Source: a candidate division WOR-3 bacterium
Lineage (GTDB): Bacteria > Hydrothermota > Tepidihabitantia > Tepidihabitantales > Tepidihabitantaceae
Length of the DNA stretch: 64,000 nt
Direction of reading: 5' to 3'
Assembly: GCA_965648905.1 (NCBI GenBank)
Contig: CBFGIT010000013.1
Coordinates: 1 to 64,000 of the forward strand
Shown here: positions 28,451 through 38,310 of the stretch, piece by piece
How the letters are laid out: every line of letters starts with the position of its first letter
Numbering within the stretch: the first letter of the stretch is position 1
Program-made: the position numbers and the translations under genes
The notes under the pieces: model-generated
Databases searched by the model: none
Told to the model about the DNA's origin: nothing
The model's input: the letters and a program-made list of their open reading frames with translations, nothing else

Positions 28451-28786
28451 ATGACTGAACTGACCGCGCTAGAGAAAATCGAGAAGCTGGGCAAGTCGGT
28501 TGCGAAAATGACTCAGGCCGACCTTGCCCGGGCCGTGGGCTGCTCGCGTGAACGCATCCGTCAGCTAGTTCCGCGGCTCAAGGTGAAGCCAGGCAAGCGC
28601 GCCGGCGCTTGGCACCACATGCTGGCCAAGAGAGAGCGCGAGGCGATGGCCCGGCTGTACGAATCCGGCACTTCGCTTGCTGATATCGGCCGCCGCCATG
28701 GCGTCAGCGACTACCATGTCCGCGAGGCCATCCGCGAGGTTCGCAAGAGTCTGACATCGTCGAAGAAGTCGAGCCGCAAGCGCTAG
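28451..28786 (+). CDS. Small basic protein with two helix-turn-helix motifs
   Basis: TQADLARAVGCSRERIRQL and SLADIGRRHGVS..VREAI; K/R/S-rich tail. Confidence 0.7.
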   Translation: MTELTALEKIEKLGKSVAKMTQADLARAVGCSRERIRQLVPRLKVKPGKRAGAWHHMLAKREREAMARLYESGTSLADIGRRHGVSDYHVREAIREVRKSLTSSKKSSRKR

Positions 28787-28821
28787 CTGTCCGGCCCCGG
28801 CGCTCGGTTGTTGTCGGAGAG

Positions 28822-28895
28822 TGGGCGATACTAGAGTTGAACTAGTGACCTCTGGTATGTGAGACCAGCGCTCTGACCAACTGAGCTAATCGCCC
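28822..28895 (-). tRNA. tRNA-Val(CAC), CCA not encoded
   Basis: GGGCGAT/ATCGCCC acceptor stem, CTGGT-ctCACat-ACCAG anticodon arm, ACTAG-TTCAACT-CTAGT T arm. Confidence 0.95.
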
Positions 28896-28908
28896 CTGCG
28901 AACTCGGG

Positions 28909-28951
28909 AATTGTACCGAACTGAGGTCAGGAGTCAAACTCCTGACCTCAG
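28909..28951 (-). promoter_or_regulatory. tRNA-Val promoter overlapping a 14-bp perfect inverted repeat at the end of the TPR gene
   Basis: TTGACT-16-TACAAT on the - strand; CTGAGGTCAGGAGT-caa-ACTCCTGACCTCAG at 28921-28951. Confidence 0.65.
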
Positions 28952-30906
28952 GAGTCGAGGAACTGAACCCCTCGGCTCGGCCGGGGCAGCCGGTTGAGCA
29001 GTACGTTCACCTCATCGGCATGTTTCCGGTCGCCGAGCTTCAAGTACAGCCGCAGGGCCTGATTCAGCCGCATCCGCGCCTCATCGGGCTCGCCGCCGTC
29101 GGCGTGAATTCGCCCCAGTCCGGTCAGACATTCAGCCTCGCCGGAGCTGTCACCGATACTTGAGTAGACCTGCAGCGCCCGAACATAGTTCTCCCGAGCC
29201 AGCATCAGGTCACCACGCAGCCGGTTGACTGCGCCGATGGCGGCAAGGGCGCGGGCCTCGCCCGACGGGTTACCCGACTGATGGGCCAGTCTGAGGCCGT
29301 CCTCAAGCAGCTCGCGCGCCTCGTCGAGTTCGCCATCATGAGAAAGCACCTCGCCGAGCCGCACCAGGTCCTCGGCTTCGGCCTGTTTGTCGCCCAACTG
29401 GCGGTGCAGAGTAAGCGCCTCCCGGCCGGCCGCAACCGCTTCGACCCACGCGCCCGCGGCGGCCCGGGCAGCACAGGTCTCGGCCAGCACGTTGGCCAGC
29501 AAGGCAGTGTCACCGAGACGACGTGCCCCCACCAGGCTCTGTTCGAGGTACTCAAGCGCTTTCTCAAGCCGGCCGGCTCCACGCAGAGCGCGGGTCAGCT
29601 CGAAGGCCAGCGCGGTCTCGCTTGTCGAATCCTGCCGCTTCCGCGCCTCCTCCAGCGGCCGACTCAGACACTCCACCGCCTCGTCGAAGCGCTCCAGGCA
29701 CAGGTAGGCGCGACCGACTCCGGCAAGGTCCTCGGCCAGCTCGCTCTCACGGCCGGCATCGCGGTCCAGTTTCGCGGCCTCTTCGAGCAACTCCAGTGCT
29801 CTTTCCGCTCCGCTTCCGACCAGGCAGGCACGGGCGAGCCACCGCAGGTTCGCGGCGACAAGAGCATCGTCCCCTGCTTTCCGCGCCAGCTTCAATGACT
29901 CCTCGAAGCACTCATGGGCCGCATCGCGGTCCTTGAGCCGCTCATGGGCCAGTCCCATCTCATGGACTACCAGCGCCTGACCGCGCAACTGCCGGACCTC
30001 ACGGAAAAGCCGCAGTGCCCGTTCCAGTACTTCCAAGGCCCGGCGCTCGTTACCTTGCCTGCGGTGGATGATGCCGATGGACATCAGTCGTTCTGCTTCT
30101 GCTGCCCGGTCATGAGTCTGGCGGGCAAGGTGCAGGCCATCTTCGTAGGCAGCTCGGGCCTCGTCAAGCTGGCCGCGCGCGACCAGCAGGTTGCCGGTCG
30201 CGGCGTATTCGCCCGATGCTCCGACCCGGTCTCCGGCCGCATCGAACGCCCGCACAGCCTGACGATGGAATGCCAGCGCCGCATCAATCTGACCTTCGCG
30301 CTCCGCGAGTGCGGCCAGGGCGGCCAGTCCGACCGCCCCCATCTCCGGGTTGTCCAGTTTCCGCGCCAGCTCCACGCCGGCGCGGTAGCCGGCCCGCGCC
30401 TCGGCTATTCGGCCTGAGTCCGCGGCCAGGCGAGCAAGCACCAACTGGCACGCGGCAATCGCTGCCCGGTCGTTGGCAGCGCGGGCCGCGGCCATTGCCG
30501 CGCGCGCTTCTTTCCACGCTTCATCCTTCTGACCGACGAACAACTGACATCCAGTCGCCAGTAGCCCAAGCGCGGCCAGCTCCGCGCCGCGGGCACGCGA
30601 CTTGGCCGACTGCCAGCGCGAAAGAGCCTGACCCCACCGCGCCTCGGCCGCAAACCGAACACCAGCCTCGAAGCTGTCGGCCAGGGTCCGGTCACGAACC
30701 GAGTGAAGCCCGTCCAAGTAGAGAACACCGAGCCGACTGCGGACCAGTGCCAGTCGTTCTCGATAGCGGCTCGCACCCTCCTCTTCGATTCGCGCCAGCC
30801 GGACCTCGCAATCGAACACCCGGCGCACGGCCCACCGCCGGCTGAGCAGAAAGAACACGATTCCCGAGGCAGCCGTGCCGACCAGTATCCCAACTAGGAA
30901 CGACAT
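28948..30906 (-). CDS. Membrane-anchored tetratricopeptide-repeat protein (about 40-aa TPR-like repeats)
   Basis: N-terminal TM; recurring 'G....G...eA...y..aL.l.r..gd...eA..l' units; SD AGGAG. Confidence 0.8.
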   Translation of the reverse strand: MSFLVGILVGTAASGIVFFLLSRRWAVRRVFDCEVRLARIEEEGASRYRERLALVRSRLGVLYLDGLHSVRDRTLADSFEAGVRFAAEARWGQALSRWQSAKSRARGAELAALGLLATGCQLFVGQKDEAWKEARAAMAAARAANDRAAIAACQLVLARLAADSGRIAEARAGYRAGVELARKLDNPEMGAVGLAALAALAEREGQIDAALAFHRQAVRAFDAAGDRVGASGEYAATGNLLVARGQLDEARAAYEDGLHLARQTHDRAAEAERLMSIGIIHRRQGNERRALEVLERALRLFREVRQLRGQALVVHEMGLAHERLKDRDAAHECFEESLKLARKAGDDALVAANLRWLARACLVGSGAERALELLEEAAKLDRDAGRESELAEDLAGVGRAYLCLERFDEAVECLSRPLEEARKRQDSTSETALAFELTRALRGAGRLEKALEYLEQSLVGARRLGDTALLANVLAETCAARAAAGAWVEAVAAGREALTLHRQLGDKQAEAEDLVRLGEVLSHDGELDEARELLEDGLRLAHQSGNPSGEARALAAIGAVNRLRGDLMLARENYVRALQVYSSIGDSSGEAECLTGLGRIHADGGEPDEARMRLNQALRLYLKLGDRKHADEVNVLLNRLPRPSRGVQFLDS

Positions 30907-31165
30907 CGGCGTCTCCTGGTAATGCTATTCGACATGCGCACCTTTCTTCTAAATCGTCCGTTCGTCCACCCGCCTGTTCCACGCCCTCCCACCTTAGCAA
31001 GGTTAGCTCAAGTCCGGCGATTGTCAAGCCTCCGCGACCGGGCTTGACCGGCGCAACGGTTGGGCTACAATCGGGGCACGCATGGCGCGTTCCGACCCCC
31101 TTCGGTTTCGCCGGTTCGGGCACGCTGCCGGGCAAGACACCAGTAGTACCTAAAAGGAGGTATCA

Positions 31166-33196
31166 GTGAGAACCGCAAGACTCGTGCTCCTCGCCGTGAT
31201 TGCCGTCGCCTTGGCCTTTGTCGGCTGCAAGAAAGCCACCAGGGCCAAGTGGACCGTTCTGGCCTATATGGATGGCAACAACAACCTCGATACGCTTCAG
31301 AACGGCAGCTCCTGGGTCATCGGCGACTGCCAGGAGTTGGAAGAGGTTGGTTCGACCGACGACGTCCAGATAGTCGCCATGGTCGGGTCCCTGCGCAACG
31401 GCGGCAATTCCAAGGTCTACCACATTCAGAAACACCTGAACGAACAGCCGGACCAGATCAGCTCAACGGTTCTTGAAGACCTAGGTGGTAAGGACATGTC
31501 GGACAAGGCCACGCTCCGGGACTTTGTCCGGAAATACGTCAGCCAGTTCCCGGCTGAACGCTACATGCTCATCATCGACGACCACGGCGGTGGCTGGTAC
31601 GGTGCGTGCGAGGACAACCAGAACGGCTCCGGTGACATGATGTCCATGCCCGAGATGCGCGAAGCGCTCAAGGACACGGTTAAGTTTGACGTCGTTGTCT
31701 TTCACGCCTGCCTGATGTCGATGGTCGAGGTCGCCTATGAGCTTAAGGACCAGGCGAACTACATGGTTGCTTCCCAGTTCACCATGCCGATGCAGTCAAT
31801 CCTTGGCTCGGACAAGTGGGTTGCTGACCTGGTCGCCAACCCCGACATCTCGCCGCTCGACATCTCCAAGAAGATTGTCGATGCGGTATACCAGACCGCG
31901 GGCGAGAAGCAGAAGGACTGCCATGTGGCGGTCACCGACCTCTCGAAAATCCAGGCGCTGGCAGCCAAGGTCAAAGACCTGGGCAACAACATCGTGACCG
32001 AGGCCGGCGACGACTGGGGCGAGGTGCTGCAGGCCTTCAACGAGACCCACTATACCCAGTACGACCATCCGGCATTCGTCGACCTGCGCGAGTACGCGAA
32101 GAAGATCAAGCAGATGCCCAACCTGCAGAACCGGAACATGATTAAGAGCGCGGCCGATGACGTGATTGCGGCCATCAACGACGCCGTGCCGCTGACCAAG
32201 ACCAATGTCACGGCAATCCCGCGCGGCGGACTCTGCATCCACTTCCCCTACAAGGCCGAGCTGTTCGACTCGGTCAAGTACGCCAAACTCCAGTTTGCGA
32301 GCTGGAACTGGCAGAACTTCCTCTCCAAGTTCATCGCCTTGGCCGGTGGCGGTGGTGGCGGCGGTGGCGACAAAGGCTGGCTCTCGGTCAACTCGACGCC
32401 CCAGGGCGCGACCATCTGGGTCAACGGCAACAACACCGGCGCCCAGACACCAACCGTCTTCCGCGCTGACCCGGCAACCTATCAGCTCAAACTGACTCTG
32501 ACCGGATACCTGGATTGGGAACAGAACGTCACGGTCCGGGTTGGCGAGACGACCTACGTCAACGCCCAGCTTCAGCAACAGGGTGGTGGCGGCGACAAAG
32601 GTTGGCTGTCAATCAACTCGACCCCGCAGGGCGCGACGGTCTGGGTCAACGGTGCCAACACCGGCTACCAGACTCCGGTCATGCTCGAAGGCCCGCCAAA
32701 CAGCTACCAGATCAAGCTGACTCTGACCGGTTACCTCGACTGGGAACAGACCGCGACCATCCGGGCCAACGAGACGACCTACATCAACGCTCAGCTCCAG
32801 CAGCAAGGCGGCGGAGCGGCGATTGTGACCGGCACGGCGCTCTGGCAGGGAGGTCAGCCGCCGTCGACTCACACGCTCGCTTTCCTGGACACCGTCGCCG
32901 GGTCTCAGGCCGTGCCGATTGCCCAGGGCCAGGTCAGCTCGGTGAACGGCACCTATTCAATCAGCGTGAACATCACTGCTCCGCGCCAGGTCCTGGCCGA
33001 CGCCTGGGACGACGTCAACGGTGACGGCGATTGGACCCCGGGCGTGGATGGCTGGGGCTTCTACGACCCGGACGGCGACCAGCAGTGGACAGTGAACGAC
33101 CTGTTCACCATCACTCCGGGACAGACCAGGCCCAACATCAACATCACTATCTGGCAGGGCAAGGACCGACCTGCCGGTCCAATCAGGAAGCAGTAG
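31166..33196 (+). CDS. Clostripain-family (C11) cysteine peptidase lipoprotein with two PEGA domains
   Basis: Lipobox FVGC, WTVLAYMDGNNNL, FPAERYMLIIDDHGGGW (His), FHACLM (Cys); duplicated 'GWLSvNSTPQGAtvWVNG..TG.QTP' units. Confidence 0.88.
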   Translation: MRTARLVLLAVIAVALAFVGCKKATRAKWTVLAYMDGNNNLDTLQNGSSWVIGDCQELEEVGSTDDVQIVAMVGSLRNGGNSKVYHIQKHLNEQPDQISSTVLEDLGGKDMSDKATLRDFVRKYVSQFPAERYMLIIDDHGGGWYGACEDNQNGSGDMMSMPEMREALKDTVKFDVVVFHACLMSMVEVAYELKDQANYMVASQFTMPMQSILGSDKWVADLVANPDISPLDISKKIVDAVYQTAGEKQKDCHVAVTDLSKIQALAAKVKDLGNNIVTEAGDDWGEVLQAFNETHYTQYDHPAFVDLREYAKKIKQMPNLQNRNMIKSAADDVIAAINDAVPLTKTNVTAIPRGGLCIHFPYKAELFDSVKYAKLQFASWNWQNFLSKFIALAGGGGGGGGDKGWLSVNSTPQGATIWVNGNNTGAQTPTVFRADPATYQLKLTLTGYLDWEQNVTVRVGETTYVNAQLQQQGGGGDKGWLSINSTPQGATVWVNGANTGYQTPVMLEGPPNSYQIKLTLTGYLDWEQTATIRANETTYINAQLQQQGGGAAIVTGTALWQGGQPPSTHTLAFLDTVAGSQAVPIAQGQVSSVNGTYSISVNITAPRQVLADAWDDVNGDGDWTPGVDGWGFYDPDGDQQWTVNDLFTITPGQTRPNINITIWQGKDRPAGPIRKQ

Positions 33197-33213
33197 GCGC
33201 ATCTGCACTTACC

Positions 33214-33244
33214 AGGGGCGGTCTCGCGGCCGCCCCTTCTTGTT
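33214..33244 (+). terminator. Rho-independent terminator
   Basis: AGGGGCGG-tctcgcgg-CCGCCCCT followed by TCTTGTT. Confidence 0.65.
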
Positions 33245-33291
33245 GCGCCGACACCACGCAGAGGCCTGTTGTCGGTGGCGCGCTATTCCGA

Positions 33292-33625
33292 CTAGCGAAC
33301 GACCAGCACCCCGCGTACCGCTGGCCCGTGGCGCACGAAGTACACCCCGGGCGCGAGGTGGCGCACGTCATTCGGGCCGGGTCGGAGCCCCATCACCTTC
33401 CGGCCGGTGATGTCGAGCACGACGGGGACAGGCGCTCCTGCGGAGCGGCAGTCCCCGTTCTGCGACCAAACCAGGGCACTGCGTACAATGGTCGGGCCAA
33501 GACCCTCCATTCGGGCTTCGGGTCGCGTCAATTCCTCGACCGCACTTCAACCCCACTGCCCTTGGCGGCAGAACGAGAGACAATAGCAACTTCGCTGCGA
33601 ACACAGTGGAGCGACACTTCATCAC
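33292..33625 (-). pseudogene. Remnant of a secreted protein: signal peptide joined out of frame to the C-terminal sorting domain
   Basis: SD GGAGG and MKCRSTVFAAKLLLSLVL in one frame; AVEELTRP...LDITGRKV..LRPGPNDVRHLAPGVYFVR...VLVVR in another; no intervening domain. Confidence 0.65.
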
Positions 33626-33824
33626 TCAAGCCTCCTCTCTGGCCGTTACAGACTCAGACGATATTACATCCGCAGGCAGACGTCTGTGAAGCACGGGGCA
33701 GGAATGACCCATGACCGGGCGTCAATGGGCAACTGGGAGCTGCCGGAGCCCTGCGAGCGCGAGGGCTCGCACGATTGGTGATTGTAGCGCTTCCTATACT
33801 TGACCGGCAGAGCCGAAATGGACA

Positions 33825-34170
33825 TAACTCCTTGCCGGCTATCAAGTTACGACACCCACCATGTCAAGCCCTCCCCTGCTCCCCAAGCGATACGCGCGTA
33901 AGTCTTGAGCGTTGTGAACGAAGGCATGCTTGTCGTGACCTCACCTGCGCTGATACCGGGAGCGCTTGCTCGAGTGCCGCCCGGGTCTTTGTGTCCAGTC
34001 GCGCCGCGTGCGGTAATGCAGGTGCTTACCCGGGCCGTAGCTGGAGCAGCAGCTCAAGCCGGCTGCTGAGCAGTCGCCTCGGCTGACAATTGCCTGTCTG
34101 AGCCGACGCTTGTTGCGGTGCTTACCCCGGTCTCAGGCGAAGTTTCGGCCTCGGTAGCTGTCTTGGCGTA
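33825..34170. repeat. Dyad sites (33825-33849; half-site at 33899) followed by a degenerate 12-bp periodic tract
   Basis: TAACT-N15-AGTTA; tgcttacccggg at 34023 recurs as tgcttaccccgg at 34119 (96 = 8 x 12 bp). Confidence 0.5.
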
Positions 34171-34242
34171 GTGCCAGCGGTTCAGAATCGAGGGTGACAA
34201 ATCGACCGCGGCTGGACCTTGCTGCCGCGCGTGACAGGAAGC

Positions 34243-34983
34243 CTACGGCGACTTCGGCACACCGTAGATTCGGGCCTTGGCCAAGTCCATGATGCAGCGG
34301 AACCCGAGCCAGCCCGAGCCTTTGACGTCCGGGTCGATGCCCCAGCGACAGGTGCAGCGGCAGAACGCCGCGCTGCTCTTGTAGGAGCCGCCGCGCAGGG
34401 CCTTGCCGAAGTTCTCCCAGTTTCCGGTCGTGAACTCCCAGACATTGCCCGCCATATCGAGCGCGCCGACCGGGCTTATTCCGGCCGGAAACATCCCGAC
34501 CTCGCTGGTCCGTCCTGAGTTCCACTCCCGGCTGTTACAGTTCTTGATGCCGAACTCGTTGCCCCATGGCCAGAGCCGCTCATCAGTGCCGCGCGCGGCC
34601 CGCTCCCATTCTTCCTCGGTCGGAATGCGCTTGCCCGCCCACTGGGCATAGGCTTCGGCATCGCGGTAGCAGATTCCGACAACCGGGTGGTTTGGCCGAT
34701 TCCAGGCCGGGTCGTGCCAGAACAGCGGCGGCTTGTGGCCGGTCGCCTTCATGAACATCTCGTACTGTCGGTTGGTCACCGGGTACTTGTCGATGTAGCA
34801 GTCACGGACCGTGGCATAACGCCGCGGCAGCTCGGTTTTGAACACCGCGTCCATCGGCTCGCCCAGTTTGGCCAGCACCTCGACCACGCGCGTTTCATCA
34901 ATCCCGAAGACAAAGTCGCCGGCCGGCACCAGCACGGCCTCGGCGTTGTCCTTCGATGTGACGATCAGTCGTGGCAGACTCAT
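34243..34983 (-). CDS. FGE-sulfatase (SUMF1/EgtB-like) domain protein
   Basis: KYPVTN..Y..F, HPVV, DAEAYAQWAGKRIPTEEEWERAARG, DMAGNVWE, RGGS, GFRC. Confidence 0.9.
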   Translation of the reverse strand: MSLPRLIVTSKDNAEAVLVPAGDFVFGIDETRVVEVLAKLGEPMDAVFKTELPRRYATVRDCYIDKYPVTNRQYEMFMKATGHKPPLFWHDPAWNRPNHPVVGICYRDAEAYAQWAGKRIPTEEEWERAARGTDERLWPWGNEFGIKNCNSREWNSGRTSEVGMFPAGISPVGALDMAGNVWEFTTGNWENFGKALRGGSYKSSAAFCRCTCRWGIDPDVKGSGWLGFRCIMDLAKARIYGVPKSP

Positions 34984-35061
34984 GGCCCGCTCGCAATATA
35001 CCCGACTAACACCACCTCGTCAAGCTGAGGGTGTCGCTCCCGGCTCAGCCATCCTTCATCC

Positions 35062-36036
35062 TCAGTCCTCCCTCCTCCGTTCTCCAAGCTCAACCATCCG
35101 CTCCAGTGCGGCGCGTGCCCGGCTCGCAACCTCCTCGGGCAGCTTCACCTCGGCAACGCTGCCAGTCAGCGCGGCCAGCACATCGGCCAGGCCGGTCCGT
35201 TTCATGTTCCGGCACAGCGCAGTGCGGCGCAGCGGATAGCAGTTCGTGTTCGGGTGCTCGCGCCTGACTCGGTGACACATCCCGGCTTCAGTGCCGAGCA
35301 CGACCGAGGAGTACTGACCAGCCAGCTTCAGCATGCCTGAAGTCGAAACAACGTCATCGGCCGCGGCGAGCGTTTCGGGCCGGCATTCCGGGTGAACAAT
35401 TACCCGGGCTTCAGGATGTTCGGCGCGTGCCCGGGCTACGTCTTCAGCCGAGAACTGAGCGTGGACATAGCAGAATCCCGGCCAGGCGATGATTCCACCA
35501 GCATCAGACGGTTCATCGAGCGCTGACCGCAACTGACGCCCGCACACCCCTGCCACGTACGCGGCCAGATTCTGGTCCGGGACAAAGAGGATGCTCTGGT
35601 CCGCGGGAATCGAACCTGCAACCTGGACCGCATTCGCCGAAGTACAGCAGACGTCCGACTCGGCCTTCACCTCAGCCGGCGTGTTGACATACGCCACGGT
35701 CACGACCGGCCCAAGCTCGGCCTGCTTGGCCCGCAAAGCCGAAGCCGAAATCATGTCGGCCATCTCGCAGCCGGCGTCAGGCCGGGCCAGAATAACCCGG
35801 GCGCGAGGGTTGAGCAGCTTCGCGGTCTCGGCCATGAACCGGACACCGGCAAAGACAATCACTCGAGCCCGGGCCGTGCGTGCCTGCCGGGCCAGTTCGA
35901 GCGAGTCGCCAATCGCGTCCGCGACCTCGTAGATTGGCGGAACCTGATAGTTGTGGCAGAGAACAACCGCGTCCTGTCGGGACTTCTCTTTCCGGATTCG
36001 GGCAGCGAGTTCCTGGTCCTGGGGCGTGAGGTTCAT
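35062..36036 (-). CDS. nadA: Quinolinate synthase A
   Basis: HNYQ, GDSL.LA, FMAETAK, AGC.MA, YVNT.AEVKA, CTSANA, PDQNL, HPEC, C.NMK. Confidence 0.95.
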   Translation of the reverse strand: MNLTPQDQELAARIRKEKSRQDAVVLCHNYQVPPIYEVADAIGDSLELARQARTARARVIVFAGVRFMAETAKLLNPRARVILARPDAGCEMADMISASALRAKQAELGPVVTVAYVNTPAEVKAESDVCCTSANAVQVAGSIPADQSILFVPDQNLAAYVAGVCGRQLRSALDEPSDAGGIIAWPGFCYVHAQFSAEDVARARAEHPEARVIVHPECRPETLAAADDVVSTSGMLKLAGQYSSVVLGTEAGMCHRVRREHPNTNCYPLRRTALCRNMKRTGLADVLAALTGSVAEVKLPEEVASRARAALERMVELGERRRED

Positions 36037-36045
36037 CGCCGGCTG

Positions 36046-36528
36046 CTACCGGCGCGGAAACCGACGGTGCTGATCCCGGCGGCCCGGTTTTTCACGCCGC
36101 GCTGGTCCGCTCGGCGGCTGCCAGAACACACCCTCATCCAGGATGTGCACCACCTCGATGCCGCTCCTGGCGAGCTCCGCGGCAATCCGGCGCCGGTGGC
36201 AGAACTCCGGACTCCGCTCCGAACAAAGGATGCAGCACACCCGCGTCAGTGCCTTCTGCCGGATAATCTCAACCCCACGCCGGAACCCATCCGAGCCGAG
36301 CCATTCGGCCATGCTCGCGCTCCCGGGCCCGCCCAGTTCGTTGCCGAAGAAGACGTAGTCGGCACGCTGGGACGCAGCCAGAGCCTGGAGTCCGTCGCGC
36401 CGGAAGTGAGCCTCGGTTGCCTCAGGTGTGGGCCGGACGTCGAACACGACCTGGATGCCGTACTTGTAGAGCAGGCGTGCGAAGTCATAAGGCTTGCGGT
36501 GGTCGGTGCCGATGGTGAAGAGTCTCAT
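36046..36528 (-). CDS. DUF488 family protein
   Basis: LFTIG, FDVR..P, ELGG, LCSE..PE.CHRR.IA..L, V.HI. Confidence 0.85.
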   Translation of the reverse strand: MRLFTIGTDHRKPYDFARLLYKYGIQVVFDVRPTPEATEAHFRRDGLQALAASQRADYVFFGNELGGPGSASMAEWLGSDGFRRGVEIIRQKALTRVCCILCSERSPEFCHRRRIAAELARSGIEVVHILDEGVFWQPPSGPARREKPGRRDQHRRFPRR

Positions 36529-36553
36529 TGCCGTTACCTGCCGGTCTGACCGC

Positions 36554-37282
36554 TCAAGGGCTCACCGAGCAGAGAACCGGAGCGGGTTTCGGGTCGGGCT
36601 GTTTCAACTCGAGGCGAATTGTCCCAAACTCGGTATCCTGCCGGACCCGCACCTCGCCGAGCCGCACCAGTTCGAGCACGGCGATGAACATCACAATCAC
36701 CTCGGCGACGGTGCGACCACTGACCGCTTCGTCGAAACCGACCGCGCCCCGGGTCCGGACCAGCTCGCGCAGGTCAGCAATCCGGTCCTCAAGTCGCAGC
36801 CGGCGCGGTGCCAGCCGAACCACCGGCTCGGGCTCAAGGCGCGAAAGGACCCGCTGGAGCGCCGAAGTCAGCAGCATCAGGTCTTCGGAGTCGGCCAGCC
36901 TGGCGCGCGGGGTCTCACCCAGGCGGGGAAACATCTGCCGCCGGACCGCCTCGCGCTCGGAAAGCACCCGGGCCGCCTGCTGGAAACGCCGGAATTCGTC
37001 GAGAATCTGCTCCAGGCTCAGCGCCGGGGTGTCAAGGTCCTCGGTCGGAACGCGGGGCAGCAACTGACGAACCTTGAGCCGGAGCAGGACCGCGGCCATG
37101 ACCAGAAAGTCAGCCGCGGCCTCCATGTTCAGCACCGACGCGGTTCTGACCCAGACCAGGAAGTCGTCGGTCAGTTGCGCAATCGGCACGTCGGTAACGT
37201 CAAGCTCGTTCGTGCGGACAAGGTAGAGGAGCAGTTCGACCGGCCCCTCAAACAGTTCGAGCCGGACCGCAGGAACCGTCAC
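36554..37282 (-). CDS. scpA: Segregation/condensation protein A
   Basis: FEGPVELLLYLV...ELD, DFLVMAA.LL.LK, F.AVLEL, Q...FG.I. Confidence 0.9.
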   Translation of the reverse strand: MTVPAVRLELFEGPVELLLYLVRTNELDVTDVPIAQLTDDFLVWVRTASVLNMEAAADFLVMAAVLLRLKVRQLLPRVPTEDLDTPALSLEQILDEFRRFQQAARVLSEREAVRRQMFPRLGETPRARLADSEDLMLLTSALQRVLSRLEPEPVVRLAPRRLRLEDRIADLRELVRTRGAVGFDEAVSGRTVAEVIVMFIAVLELVRLGEVRVRQDTEFGTIRLELKQPDPKPAPVLCSVSP

Positions 37283-38310
37283 AATGTCACCAAGGTATGG
37301 GCGCGCCGGCCCAGACCGCGCTGCTCGGCCACCTCAAGCAGCAGCTCGGGTTTCAGATGGGGATGGAGCTCGGCGAGGACCGAACCGGTTCGGTCCCAAG
37401 CCGCTTGTTCACATGCCACCGGGTCCAATGAGCCGAACAGCCCGACATCGCCCATGATCGGCTTCTCGGTCTGCGGGTAGCAGTCGCAGTTCGGCGTGAC
37501 CCGGAGACAGAAGTTAAAGTGGAACACAGCCCGGCCCGTAACCACGGCCCGGCAGTACTCGACCATCTTGCGCTGCACGGTCTCTGAGGCCGCGTCCCAG
37601 TTGACCCGCACCGCGCCCTGACGACAGACCGCCAGACAACCACCGCAGCCGGTACAACTGCGGCCAATCTGGGCAACGTACTGCACGAAGTTGATGGCTT
37701 CGTGCGGGCAGTAGTCAACGCAGACCCCGCAACTGACGCATTTGTCCGGGTCAACAAAAGGCCTGGAACCGGAGTGCATCTCGAGCTTGCCTGCCTTGGC
37801 TGCCAGCCCCATCGCCAGATTCTTGATGACCCCGCCAAAGCCGGTGACGAAGTGACCCTTGAACCGAGCCATGTTGATGAGATAGCTGATGCGCCGCAGC
37901 CCGTGGGCCAGCCGGGCCCCGCTCACCAGCTCAGAGTCGAGCGGCACAGTGTAGTAACGCTCGCCCTGACGGCCGTCGAGGATTTCGACCGGCGCAAGCA
38001 GCGCCTCGGTCGTGAACCCGTGCTCGTGGGCGAGCTTCAGATGTTCGATGGCCAACTGGCGGCGCCCGCGGTACAGGGCCGTGGTTTCGACCACGACCGG
38101 CTGCAGGTCGTAATAGCTGCACGCCACCGCTGCCGCCCGCACCAGCTCCGGCGCCAGATGGTTCGAATTGCCCTGCTCGCCGAAATGGACCTTGAGCCCG
38201 ATGCGCTTCTTCGGCTTGAGCTGCTTCAGGAAACCGGACGCCTCAAGCATCGCGCCGATGCCGGCCCGAACCCGCTCCGCAGGCACAAAGTAGACGACCG
38301 ACTCGCTCAC
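37279..38310 (-). CDS. DUF362 domain protein with 2x[4Fe-4S] ferredoxin insert
   Basis: KVHFGE.GN, FKGH...GFGG.IKNL.MG, CxxCxxCxxxCP plus a second CxxCxxCxxxC, PNCDC, DPVA.EQA. Confidence 0.88.
   Translation of the reverse strand: MSESVVYFVPAERVRAGIGAMLEASGFLKQLKPKKRIGLKVHFGEQGNSNHLAPELVRAAAVACSYYDLQPVVVETTALYRGRRQLAIEHLKLAHEHGFTTEALLAPVEILDGRQGERYYTVPLDSELVSGARLAHGLRRISYLINMARFKGHFVTGFGGVIKNLAMGLAAKAGKLEMHSGSRPFVDPDKCVSCGVCVDYCPHEAINFVQYVAQIGRSCTGCGGCLAVCRQGAVRVNWDAASETVQRKMVEYCRAVVTGRAVFHFNFCLRVTPNCDCYPQTEKPIMGDVGLFGSLDPVACEQAAWDRTGSVLAELHPHLKPELLLEVAEQRGLGRRAHTLVTL

Noticed and set aside
31050..31165. Riboswitch in the clostripain leader
   Set aside because: GC-rich pairing is possible but no known aptamer consensus or terminator was recognised.
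34243..34983. FGE-sulfatase protein as a diversity-generating retroelement target
   Set aside because: No reverse transcriptase in the window and no second copy (template repeat) of its 3' end was seen.
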